Source of the DNA: Octopus bimaculoides
Taxonomy: Eukaryota
NCBI RefSeq assembly: GCF_001194135.2
Contig: NC_068987.1
Span: 107,686,747-107,719,574, forward strand
Length of the DNA stretch: 32,828 nt
Direction of reading: 5' to 3'
Shown: one piece after another, positions 9,746 to 20,153 of the stretch
How positions within the stretch are numbered: the stretch's first letter is position 1
How the letters are laid out: each line of letters begins with the position of its first letter
Notes under the pieces: model-generated
What the model was told of the DNA's origin: nothing
The model's input: the letters and a program-made list of their open reading frames with translations, nothing else
Databases searched by the model: none
Program-made: the position numbers and the translations under genes

Positions 9746-11074
9746 TATATAATTTGGCAGGTATACTTGCTCTTAGAGCTGAATGTGACTTGAACGATAT
9801 TTTGGATATAACACCGTAAAGTCTCACTGACAATCGCTCTGCATACGCCTCCATTTTAAAGGCCAAACCTCTTAAAGACTCTCTAACCAAAAGTTTTAGA
9901 ATGTAATCGTGATATTGTCACCTTGTTGCCTGGTCTTTCGTCAAATATTTCTTTTCTAGTTTTATCCGAATCTACATTCAGTCTGCATCAGGTGTATGTT
10001 CCTTTGCTTTTGAAGTCAGATATTTCACCAATGTTTTGTTTGCTTTTGTATAATTGTCACCTTCCTGGATTTATCGATAATCAATATCTTGATGTTAATT
10101 ATCTCAGTATATGATATAATTCTGGAGAGCGCTGAAATAGTTATCCACACATCCTTCCAGTGCTCAAACATTGTTAATTTGTGGAGCGATGCTGAACAGT
10201 TGTTGTCACATACAGAAGCAACATAACCGCGCTCTCCTCCTGCAGTAAATGAAAGCAAGCAGTGGTCTTCCCAGTAGCTTCGTCAAAAGAAATATGATAA
10301 AGAAAACTGACAACAAAGCAGTTCTTTTTCCGACTAACGCTTATCAACATTTTGGATGATTTTGAGTGGAATTTGATGGTACAATATAGAGTACTAACTT
10401 GTAGTGAATCTACTGCAAGATATCTTAGAAGAGTGATACTGTTATACATATGGCCTGTACAACGTGGAATATAATTAAAGATGAGCACTTGCCATTTGTA
10501 TTCATTTGTATAGTACCTGAGATCTGCGTGGCTTAAGCTGTAGTGCTGTGTCAAAATACCTCCGGGGAGTTTTGCATCTGCAATGTTATCATTCGATAAA
10601 AACAAACAGTTTTATTAGACTTGAAAACTACAAGATTAATAATCTGTCCCAAGTCAGATGTAAATATAGACACCACAAATAAGGGATTTGACTGATAATA
10701 TCAGACCAGACAAACTTCTTGAATATATATACAATGCATGTATGAATAGATCGTGTCTTTGAAAGTAACTAAATATAAAAGCAGTGAACGGGTTTCGATC
10801 CTATTAAGTTTTAAAAACTGCTGTGTTTATTCCCCAAGAATTTGGTATATTAGATATCATTAATTAGAGATATCTCTCTTACGTAGCTAATGGGGTAGTT
10901 AGTTTTAGTAACTGGTGTATAAGACTGTGTATGGTTGAAACTCAAGGGCTCTAGCTTTGTCACTGATCCCACTCGCTTTTGGATTTTAAACGCCCACAAC
11001 AGTGAACATTCGCTTCAAATATTCTGCGGCTGATTCAATGCACATATATATATTTTTTTAGCTACTAACAAGAT

Positions 11075-11076
<2 letters not shown>

Positions 11077-11129
<53 letters not shown>

Positions 11130-11150
11130 CACACATACACACACACACAC
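11077..11150. repeat. (CA)n microsatellite
   Basis: Direct reading. Confidence 0.95.
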
Positions 11151-12575
11151 GCGTTTCAAATTACTAACGACGTAACATCTTTTTGAATTAATTTATAAAC
11201 GACTTGTTGGAATTCAACGAAATTTCCCCCAGAATGATGGCAAGTTATATGCGCTTTGTGTGTAAAAATCCTAAGGCTTTGTGAAAGTATAAAAAAAACC
11301 TCGGCAAGTTGTATGATTTGCACGAACGGTCAGTGTTCTAAATTATCATAGAGTGGTCTGATAATCGTGTTATTATGGGTAGTAAATGTGACTTACCTGT
11401 TTCAGAGAAATCTGTTATTAATTCTGAACTTGCAAAAGTTAAATCAACATTAGAATTATCTAAGATAATTGAAAATTCCCCAAACTTTGGAAAAAAATTA
11501 CGTAAGAGAGCCGACAAGGGTCAGTTGAGGGCTATTTCTCAACGTTCTCTGCTACGAATTAAGGCGTGAAGCTATAAAAAATCCTGGTCTTACAAGTGGA
11601 GAACTTTTCAAACGCATTGAGGAAATAAATGTGTTGAGAACTATTCGATGTAATGTTCTGTAAAAGGTCAGTAAACCAGTCACATCAGTTAAAATGCCTC
11701 TTTTATACAAAATACATCTAGAAAATTTTCTGAAATGCGCAGAAGATATGGTCGACTTTTATAAAGTTTTGTTTACGGACGAAACTCCTGCTGCCCTTGA
11801 TAGACTTGATGGACTTGATGGTCGGAGCATGTGGTGAGCTGTAAATGGATGAGATCGTCATCAACGTTTGAGACACCAGCATGGGGAAGGCGGTATCATG
11901 ATTTGGGCAAGTATTATTGGAGGTATTATGGCTGGTCCTTGGTAAGTGCTGGACAGTGTTAAAGTGAATGCGGACGCATACACGGCGTTTCTGAGGGAAC
12001 ACATTGAAACTTAATGATAAAAGGAAAGGACCACTTTCAAGACGAATTGATGCGCCCTCGCACTCAGCGAATAAGACTACAGAGTGTCTACAATAGTTAG
12101 GCTTATGTGGACCTCGGAAGATGAAGTGGCCTGTCTGTTTCTCCGACTTAAACCTAGTAAAACCTTGTAGAGTAATCTAAAGCGACTAGTTTACGAGAAT
12201 AGGCGCCAATTTCGGAACAAGGATGACCTGTTACAAGTAATAATGGATGTATCGCGTGGTATAATGCAAGATGAGAACCAAAAATTAGCATATTCCACGG
12301 ACCAGCGCCTTTTCCGACTTATTTCAAACAAAGGCATATATATCCCATACTAACCAGCTTACCAATCAATTTCGAACGCTGTTTATTTGTTTGTTTCCGA
12401 TTGTTCCATGTTTATGACTGCATGTGTTCCTTTCAGTATGTGCATGAAACAATTACATTTGTATTATCTTGTTTATATGAGTTTTAATTACTCCTCGCTA
12501 ATAAATTGAAACATTGAAAGTTTATTTAAATTTGGAAAATGGCTGTAATTTCCGTACTGTTTTACGGACCCTCAC
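11151..12575 (+). mobile_element. Decayed Tc1-family DNA transposon
   Basis: Contains the transposase pseudogene at 11375-12353. Partial inverted repeat gtttcaaattactaacgacg (about 11152-11172) versus ctcctcgctaataaattgaaac (about 12491-12512). The 3' end is followed by T-run/TATA. Confidence 0.8.
11375..12353 (+). pseudogene. Tc1-type DDE transposase, frameshifted with stops
   Basis: MGSKCDL..EKSVI start; FTDET (11772-11786); IMIWASIIGGIMAGPW; DAPSHSA (12049 on); WPVCFSDLN (eroded WPxxSPDLNPIE); LKRLVYENRRQF; stop at 12351-12353. These are standard Tc1 motifs. Confidence 0.9.
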
Positions 12576-12864
12576 TTTTTTATATACACAACGCACATAT
12601 GACAGTTGCCACATTCCTGTGAAAATGTCGTTGAATTCCATTGAATAGTTTATAAATAGAATAAAAAGTCAAAAACCATAGAGAAGGTTGCAAAATGCAA
12701 CGAAAATTCTGGAAGAAAAGCAAAATGAATATAAAAATAAACTGAGCGGAAATCGAACCGGTGGGTGTGTAAGTTAATAAGGCGTAGAGACAAAATATCT
12801 CTTCCCAGACATAACAACAAATATTACGTTGTTGTCGTTAACAATTTGAAACGCTGTGTTTGTT

Positions 12865-12899
<35 letters not shown>

Positions 12900-13510
12900 T
12901 TGTGTGTGTGTGTCTTTGTGAGTGTGTGTGTCACTTCGTAATGTTCCTTATTATTATTATTGATATGTATGCGTGTGTATGGAGAGAGAGGGGGGAAATA
13001 AAGAGACTCTGTTCCATATCTCTTCGAAATGGAAACTTTTCAGTCCATTGTATTTTCCTATTGTTATTACAAGGTAGGCATGCTTCTTTCGTGTGAATCC
13101 GTTTTACAAAACTGAAGAAGTCTAGAGTTTTAGTTGTTAGACTTTCAATTTCGTTTGCATGACATTAATTATTGTCTTCGCAGAATATTGGTACTCACAA
13201 GAAGCTCTATGTTCCGATTTTCACATACGGAGTTTACTTGGCAGTTTTTCAAGTTTCTGTTAGGCATTACACCACACTACACATAACACAATCATACAAT
13301 TCCAAGAACCATTCTTGTGCTATATTCCGCATCATCAATATTTTCGCCTCCAGGTTTTTTCCCTTTCTTTTCTTTTTCTTTCCTGTTTCTTTTTCTTTTT
13401 TCTTTTCCTTTTCTTTTTTCTTTTTTATATTTTTACAGTCTTCTGTAATGAGATGTCATTTTATATTTTCAAACTTCTTTAATGAAATGTCTAGTATTGT
13501 CAAGCCATAC

Positions 13511-13594
13511 CAATAAGTATACAAGCGTAGTTTGTCTCCATGACTTTTATAAAGTTATCAAAGCAGTTCACTCCTGTCTGTTCAACATAAAAAT
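13511..13594 (-). CDS. Candidate exon: (D)FYVEQTGVNCFDNFIKVMETNYACILI(G)
   Basis: Acceptor aacctattag|, donor TTG|gtatgg; 84 bp open in phase 1 to 1; the other two frames are closed. Confidence 0.3.
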
Positions 13595-14506
13595 CTAATA
13601 GGTTTATAGCTATTGATGTCAATCCTTTTTACCTTGAATTTCCGTATCAATAAATTCTCAACTTTGCTGTCCTCTTTCTTTCAGTATTTAGGCGAAGACT
13701 TAGATCTATGGTTAAGAAGATCGCTTCGTAATTATGTGGTGTTGAGTTCAATCCCACTATGCAGCGAACTGGGTAAATATCTTTCGCCACATCCACGGTT
13801 CGACTAAATATCAGGACTGAAATTTGAAAAAAATGTTAATATAATCTCTTGGTTCTTCAGCGTATTCATTTCTCTTTTATCTCATCCCCACTGTTTATGT
13901 ACAATGACCTCCCTTCTCATAGACGTTCCGAAAAAGTCGATGGCATCTGCCTTTCTTCCTCTAAATAGTTGCATAGTGAAACTGTACACCCCTCTCAGTA
14001 AAAAGTGGTAGTAACCAGCCATGATAAATAGACTAGTAGCAGGTTCACAGAAGAAGGTCAAAAAGTCGAGAGTACTTGTTATCTGTGTTGATAGTCGTGT
14101 CTGTGCTGATATAGTAATTATACTGTGATAGTGAGTGGTCATTATAAAGATCTTTCCTTTTTTTAGGATAATAATATTGTACGACTTAGAGTCGTTCCGA
14201 GCCAGATAGAAACATTTTATCGACGACTTGCTGGAACGAGGAGAAAATATCCGAAAGAAATAGATAATTTCTAATTTCCAAAATCGCCCTTTGAAGTATG
14301 CTTTTACGATGAATTGTGTACGAAGCCGTTTATTTAATTAAATATTTTTTCAGTGAGTGTAGATAGAATGCACTTTTGTATCTCCCGAGGTGTTATGAAA
14401 ACAGTAAAGCGACTCGTCTTGCTGGGATGTCGTTACTAGATTATTCAAACTGAACTTGTTGCATTTAGATCTAATACTTGGCATCAGTACCAATGTTTGG
14501 TGTTGT

Positions 14507-14551
14507 CTACACGGATGACTCCGTTCCGGTTTTAATGCTTTTTTTCATGGT
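14507..14551 (-). CDS. Candidate terminal coding exon TMKKSIKTGTESSV*
   Basis: Acceptor gttatacag| in phase 0 matches the phase-0 end of exon 14720-14909. Confidence 0.2.
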   Translation of the reverse strand, partial: TMKKSIKTGTESSV

Positions 14552-14719
14552 CTGTATAACCATTGAATGTCAAACATATTACTTAATATAAGTTGTTGAG
14601 CTTTAGAAGAGTTCTTGTGTTTCGGTCTATACATTATAGGTTTATTAGTACCACTCTAGTACTTCAAAAACAATATGTTATCGCAGGCTTTATAAATTCA
14701 TTAATAGAACAAATCTTAC

Positions 14720-14909
14720 TTTTGATATTAAAAGTTTATTGTTGTTGTTTCGATTACGATCATGATCATCGACGTCGTCGTTGTAATCCTCCTCCACCTT
14801 CTTCTTTTTAACATCATCGTCCTCCTCCCCCTCTTCGTCTTCAGCTGTATCAGGCTGAACTCTCTTCATCGAAGCACCGAGTGACTCCATTATCGATCGC
14901 ATTATATTA
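14720..14909 (-). CDS. Candidate exon: NIMRSIMESLGASMKRVQPDTAEDEEGEEDDDVKKKKVEEDYNDDVDDHDRNRNNNNKLLISK
   Basis: Acceptor ttctgtgcatttgccacccag|, consensus donor AAA|gtaaga; 190 bp open in phase 2 to 0; acidic low-complexity tail. Confidence 0.5.
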
Positions 14910-15233
14910 CTGGGTGGCAAATGCACAGAATATCAGATTTCTGACAGATATGTACTGTTTAAGATTTGCTATATTATCGAGTTTTCATAATAAAAAGACA
15001 TAAAATGCATTATATAGTTGGATACTAATTGTGTGTTGAGAAATACACTGAGAATGTTAGGCCATAGTAAGGGGTACTGATTTTGTAAGACTTCTGTTGC
15101 TGTTCATTACGTTATTCTATTGTGATGGCTGGGTACTGTATCTAATGAGTGTGTTACACAACACTTATAGTGTTAGAATTTTAATTAATTATACATAATT
15201 ATACATGATATGAGTAGTGGATTAAAATGTTAC

Positions 15234-15303
15234 TTTTTGCTCAGTGTAGAGTTGTGATCCTTGGGTACCGGTTTCCTCTTTTGTTCGTATTCATGCTTAT
15301 CTT
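15234..15303 (-). CDS. Candidate exon: (E)DKHEYEQKRKPVPKDHNSTLSK
   Basis: Weak acceptor acctaag|, donor AA|gtaaca; phase 1 to 2 joins in frame to 14720-14909. Confidence 0.3.
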
Positions 15304-15404
15304 CTTAGGTAGCTATTATAGGCACTCGTTTTCCAAACACGTGAATTTAGGCCCAGTGCGCTACTTATTCGGCATGTTTTTTTTACTGTAGCACCGGATC
15401 GATC

Positions 15405-15605
15405 AATAAACTGTGAGTGGTAGTGGTGGAGGTGGTGGTGGCGATAGTGATGACGGTGACGATGAGGAGGAGTAGGATACTGATAATGATAATGACGATG
15501 ATGGTGATGTTAGTAGTGATGGTGCTGGTGCTGGTTTTGATGATGATAATGGTGATGATGATGATGATGACGATGAAGATGATGATACTGTAATACAAGA
15601 GAGCA

Positions 15606-15638
<33 letters not shown>

Positions 15639-15681
15639 CACACATACACTTACATATATATATGCGTGTGTGTGTGTGTGT

Positions 15682-15717
<36 letters not shown>

Positions 15718-15720
15718 TGC
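15405..15720. repeat. (GAT/GGT)n low-complexity tract, (TA)n and (TG)n
   Basis: Direct reading. Confidence 0.85.
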
Positions 15721-16182
15721 AGCTATGTAACAAACAACAAACATAAATCAGTGGATTTTTGACAATGTACGAAGGAAATATTTATAAAATAATGATCGAA
15801 AGTTATCATCTTCGTAGTGATTATTGTCGACTTCTTAATCAATAGAATCGACTTCTCATTCACGATTATCGATTGAACAGTCAGTAATAACACATTAGCA
15901 ATGACAGCAATAATCTTATTAATCAGTACGTTTACTGTAGCAATCAGTAACATCGCGGTAATATTGAGGCATTATTCTATACTCATAGCAATGAAAATTA
16001 TTCTCTAAGAAAGTAAAATTACTTTCTTAGAAAGCTAAACAATAAATCAAGAGGTAACTACAGGGCATCAATGTAATCACTCAAGATGCTAGAAAAAACA
16101 ACCAAATCTCACTCAACTAACGCATTATCGTCTTTTCAGAGAGAGGCTCATAGATAGATAGATTTATAAATAGATTAGATAG

Positions 16183-16238
<56 letters not shown>

Positions 16239-16413
16239 GGAGATAGGTTTAAATATGTAGTCCTTTATACGTAATATCCGAAGAAAGAGAAGCACGTTTA
16301 TTGGATAGTACTTTCCTCGGTAATGATCAGCACAAAGTTAACTTGATCCTAAAGCAACATCATCATTATCACTATCAACAACGACAAGAATAATAATCAT
16401 AACAACAATAATT

Positions 16414-16864
16414 CCAAATTTTGGCACAAGGCCAGCAGTTTCGAGAGAGGGACAGGTACATTACATAGACCACCCCAGGCGAGCTGGGAGAAACGTTAGA
16501 ACGCCGGGCGAAATGCTAAGCCATAATTTATCTGCCGTTACGTTTTGAGTACAAATTCCGCCGAGGTCGACTTTGCATTTCATCCTTTCGAGGCCGATAA
16601 ATTAAGTACCAGCTACGCATTGGAGTCGACCTAACCTGTCTTTCTTTCTCCCCTATATGTTTAGCCCCCTGTGGGAAATAAAGGCATAATTACATAGACC
16701 CCACCACCACAACCACCGTGCTCAACTGATACTCATTTTCTCGACCTCATAAGGATAAAAGACAAAGTCGACGACCTCAGTGGAATTTGAACTCAGAACG
16801 TAGCGACGAGTAAAATAGTTGAGCATTTCTTCCAGCGTGCTAACAATTCTACTAGCTCACCGCC
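16414..16864 (-). mobile_element. SINE family C (host), interrupted by a younger opposite-strand copy
   Basis: Tail part at 16414-16471 and the remainder at 16689-16864 (gacaaagtcgac...gaatttgaactcagaacg...gctcaccgcc). Confidence 0.8.
16472..16688 (+). mobile_element. SINE family C insertion with a 12-bp target-site duplication
   Basis: ggcgagctgggagaaacgttag...ccgaggtcgactttgcatttcatcctttcg...gggaaataaagg, flanked by attacatagacc at 16460-16471 and 16689-16700. Confidence 0.9.
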
Positions 16865-16878
16865 TTAATAATCATAAT

Positions 16879-17077
16879 CCTTTCTACTATAGGCACAAGG
16901 CATGAAATTTGTGGGGAGGGTTTGAGCCTATTACATTGACCCCAATGTTTCCCTGGTACGTAATTTATTGATCTGGAAAGGATGAAAGGCAAAGATCTCG
17001 GTGAAGTTTGAATTCCGAACCTAAGGACGGGCGAAATTCCGCTTAGCATTTCGTGCAGTGTGTTAACAATTTTGCTG
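16879..17077 (-). mobile_element. SINE family C, degraded
   Basis: ggaaaggatgaaaggcaaag, gaattccgaac and gcttagcatttcg are reverse complements of family C motifs. Confidence 0.8.
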
Positions 17078-17194
17078 TGGTTTAATATCAAGTGATAGTG
17101 CTCTTGGCTTCTAATCTCAACAGATTGTTAACATGTATATGTTTCTTGTTGTTGTAAAAGGTGGGAACACAGATTTGCTTGTCAGTTGCTTGAC

Positions 17195-17349
17195 CATAGC
17201 CCTGTGTGCATATCTGATCACGAGCAGACTTAGAGGGGTGCATCATAGCCATGTGTTGAACGGGATTATTTGCGTTTGAATAATGCAACTCGAGAAACAT
17301 GAGTATTTCATTTATCGTATCCAAACAACCATGATTCAAGGCCCTTTTT
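17195..17349 (-). CDS. Candidate exon: KRALNHGCLDTINEILMFLELHYSNANNPVQHMAMMHPSKSARDQICTQGY
   Basis: Good acceptor gctaatctcatttcag|; weak donor G|gtcaag; phase 2 to 1 joins in frame to 15234-15303. Confidence 0.3.
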
Positions 17350-17553
17350 CTGAAATGAGATTAGCCACTCCTCCTAAACAAAATCCTAACTGGACCCCAC
17401 CTGTAAGGTCATGTGCTGTTTATGTTGAATTGAAGTCACCTTGTCGTACACATACCGTTCTCATGCATATACCTTATGAAACGGGTTGTAATGATGGGCA
17501 TATAGGTTGTAATGATGGGGATATATTTGTGCGGCGTGACTTTGATAATAATA

Positions 17554-18542
17554 NNNNNNNNNNNNNNNNNNNNNNNNNNNNNNNNNNNNNNNNNNNNNNN
17601 NNNNNNNNNNNNNNNNNNNNNNNNNNNNNNNNNNNNNNNNNNNNNNNNNNNNNNNNNNNNNNNNNNNNNNNNNNNNNNNNNNNNNNNNNNNNNNNNNNNN
17701 NNNNNNNNNNNNNNNNNNNNNNNNNNNNNNNNNNNNNNNNNNNNNNNNNNNNNNNNNNNNNNNNNNNNNNNNNNNNNNNNNNNNNNNNNNNNNNNNNNNN
17801 NNNNNNNNNNNNNNNNNNNNNNNNNNNNNNNNNNNNNNNNNNNNNNNNNNNNNNNNNNNNNNNNNNNNNNNNNNNNNNNNNNNNNNNNNNNNNNNNNNNN
17901 NNNNNNNNNNNNNNNNNNNNNNNNNNNNNNNNNNNNNNNNNNNNNNNNNNNNNNNNNNNNNNNNNNNNNNNNNNNNNNNNNNNNNNNNNNNNNNNNNNNN
18001 NNNNNNNNNNNNNNNNNNNNNNNNNNNNNNNNNNNNNNNNNNNNNNNNNNNNNNNNNNNNNNNNNNNNNNNNNNNNNNNNNNNNNNNNNNNNNNNNNNNN
18101 NNNNNNNNNNNNNNNNNNNNNNNNNNNNNNNNNNNNNNNNNNNNNNNNNNNNNNNNNNNNNNNNNNNNNNNNNNNNNNNNNNNNNNNNNNNNNNNNNNNN
18201 NNNNNNNNNNNNNNNNNNNNNNNNNNNNNNNNNNNNNNNNNNNNNNNNNNNNNNNNNNNNNNNNNNNNNNNNNNNNNNNNNNNNNNNNNNNNNNNNNNNN
18301 NNNNNNNNNNNNNNNNNNNNNNNNNNNNNNNNNNNNNNNNNNNNNNNNNNNNNNNNNNNNNNNNNNNNNNNNNNNNNNNNNNNNNNNNNNNNNNNNNNNN
18401 NNNNNNNNNNNNNNNNNNNNNNNNNNNNNNNNNNNNNNNNNNNNNNNNNNNNNNNNNNNNNNNNNNNNNNNNNNNNNNNNNNNNNNNNNNNNNNNNNNNN
18501 NNNNNNNNNNNNNNNNNNNNNNNNNNNNNNNNNNNNNNNNNN
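17554..18542. other. Assembly gap
   Basis: N-run. Confidence 1.
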
Positions 18543-18774
18543 TATATATTATTGTTGATGTTCAAAGTAGAATGGACGTTTTCATCTTCTCTTGAGAACC
18601 CTTCTTCTCTTCCTGCTTCATTAGAAAGATTTTTTTTCCTTAATTAAATCCCATTTTCAAACTCGTCTATCATGCTGCTTAATTAATTAACCTTAATTAG
18701 TCCTCTTTCTCGTCAGTCTGTTAATCTCCTGTGTTTGCGTTTGACACCCTGCTTTACGAAATTCGTCTTCTTCT

Positions 18775-18822
<48 letters not shown>

Positions 18823-18963
18823 CACTTCTGCTGCTGCTGCTGTTCCAGTCATGTTGTTAGTAATGATAATAATGATGAAGGTGGTGATGCTACATTTAAT
18901 TATAATACCTTTAGTACTACTATCACCGCCATCATTGCTGCCTCTTCTAAGGCTGCTACTACA

Positions 18964-18995
<32 letters not shown>

Positions 18996-19075
18996 CCAGA
19001 TCACTTCTAATACTACTACAACTAATGATAATAATAATAATAATAATAATACTGCTACAGCAGTAGCAATAACAA
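18775..19075. repeat. (ACT)n, (GCT)n and (AAT)n compound trinucleotide tract
   Basis: Direct reading. Confidence 0.9.
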
Positions 19076-19357
19076 AGGCTGGATCTAATCCATCTCAATC
19101 ACAGATTCTTTTAATTAATTCTTTTTTAACTAAACAGTTTGAAACTTCAAATGCTGGTAGAATTTCTCACCTAGAACACGGTTTACTCTAAAAGATTATG
19201 ACAAAATTTCCTATTTTAGAAGTTATTTCGTGTTAAAATTTTCGTATTTGAGTGTAAGTTCAATCAATCAAAGTGTATTCGGTTGCGATAGTAATCGAAG
19301 TGGAATAACTTCCGGGTCATCTCTCATAAATGTCACCACTCTGTTCTATTCTTCAAC

Positions 19358-19493
19358 TTTATTCTTCCTTCCTTTCTAGTCAGCACCGTGCATTCCTTAC
19401 TCTTTCCTTCCCTCTATTCGTTACCTTTATCCTTCTTCCCTTTCTAGTCAGCACCGTGTATTCCTTACTCTCTCCCTCCCTTATACCCTCTCA
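19358..19493. repeat. Tandem duplication with a 68-bp period
   Basis: ttctagtcagcaccgtg(c/t)attccttactct occurs twice, 68 nt apart. Confidence 0.9.
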
Positions 19494-19519
19494 ACTAGCA
19501 CTCTAATAAAAAATTTTAT

Positions 19520-19862
19520 ATTTATTTCTTTATTACCTACAGGCGGCTAAACATAGAGGGGACAAACAAGGACAGACAATGGGATTAAGTCGATTACATC
19601 GACTCCATTGCGTAACTGGTACTTATTTAATCGACCCCGAAAGGATGAAAGGCAAATTCGACCTCGGCAGAATTTGAATTCAGAATATAATGACAGACGA
19701 GAAGCTTCTTCCAGTTTCCGTCTACCAAATCTATTCACAAGGCTTTGGTCGGCCGAGGATATAGTAGAAGACACTTGCACAAGGAGCCATACAGTGGGAC
19801 TGGACCCAGAACCATGTTATTGGGAAGCAAGCTTCTTATCACAAAGGTACGCCTGTACCTAT
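19520..19862 (-). mobile_element. Chimeric SINE: family A 5' half joined to family C body
   Basis: 19700-19862 is the reverse complement of the family A head and core; 19520-19698 is the reverse complement of family C from just upstream of the B-box to the tail. Confidence 0.8.
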
Positions 19863-20022
19863 CTATAGACGTAGATGTGAATGACGTTAGTTATTTCTTT
19901 TTAAGCCCACGTGTGCAATTTTATTTCAGTATTTCATAGAAGGAATAGGTCAAAGTCATTGTTTGTCGTTGTTTAGACATGCATACTTCGTTTTGTGCTT
20001 CAATTTCCTATATCATTCGTAG

Positions 20023-20153
20023 AAGATATGATATTGAGTTGTGCGTACGTCATCATTCTTGCTATTGTGTCAGGGGGTGTTGTGTTGTCGTTTTTCCTGA
20101 TGACGCAAATTACTCTCTACAGGAGTGGGCAAAGGAGCTTCGCAGTTACTTAA
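20023..20153 (+). CDS. Candidate terminal exon encoding one transmembrane helix: (E)DMILSCAYVIILAIVSGGVVLSFFLMTQITLYRSGQRSFAVT*
   Basis: Acceptor atttcctatatcattcgtag|, hydrophobic run of about 24 aa, followed by T-rich UTR-like sequence and AATAAA near 21005. Alternative frames and acceptors also exist. Confidence 0.25.

Noticed and set aside
14167-14274. Strong plus-strand acceptor with a frame interrupted by TAG that A-to-I editing could convert to Trp
   Set aside because: Pure speculation: no homology or expression evidence, and another frame is open to a normal stop.
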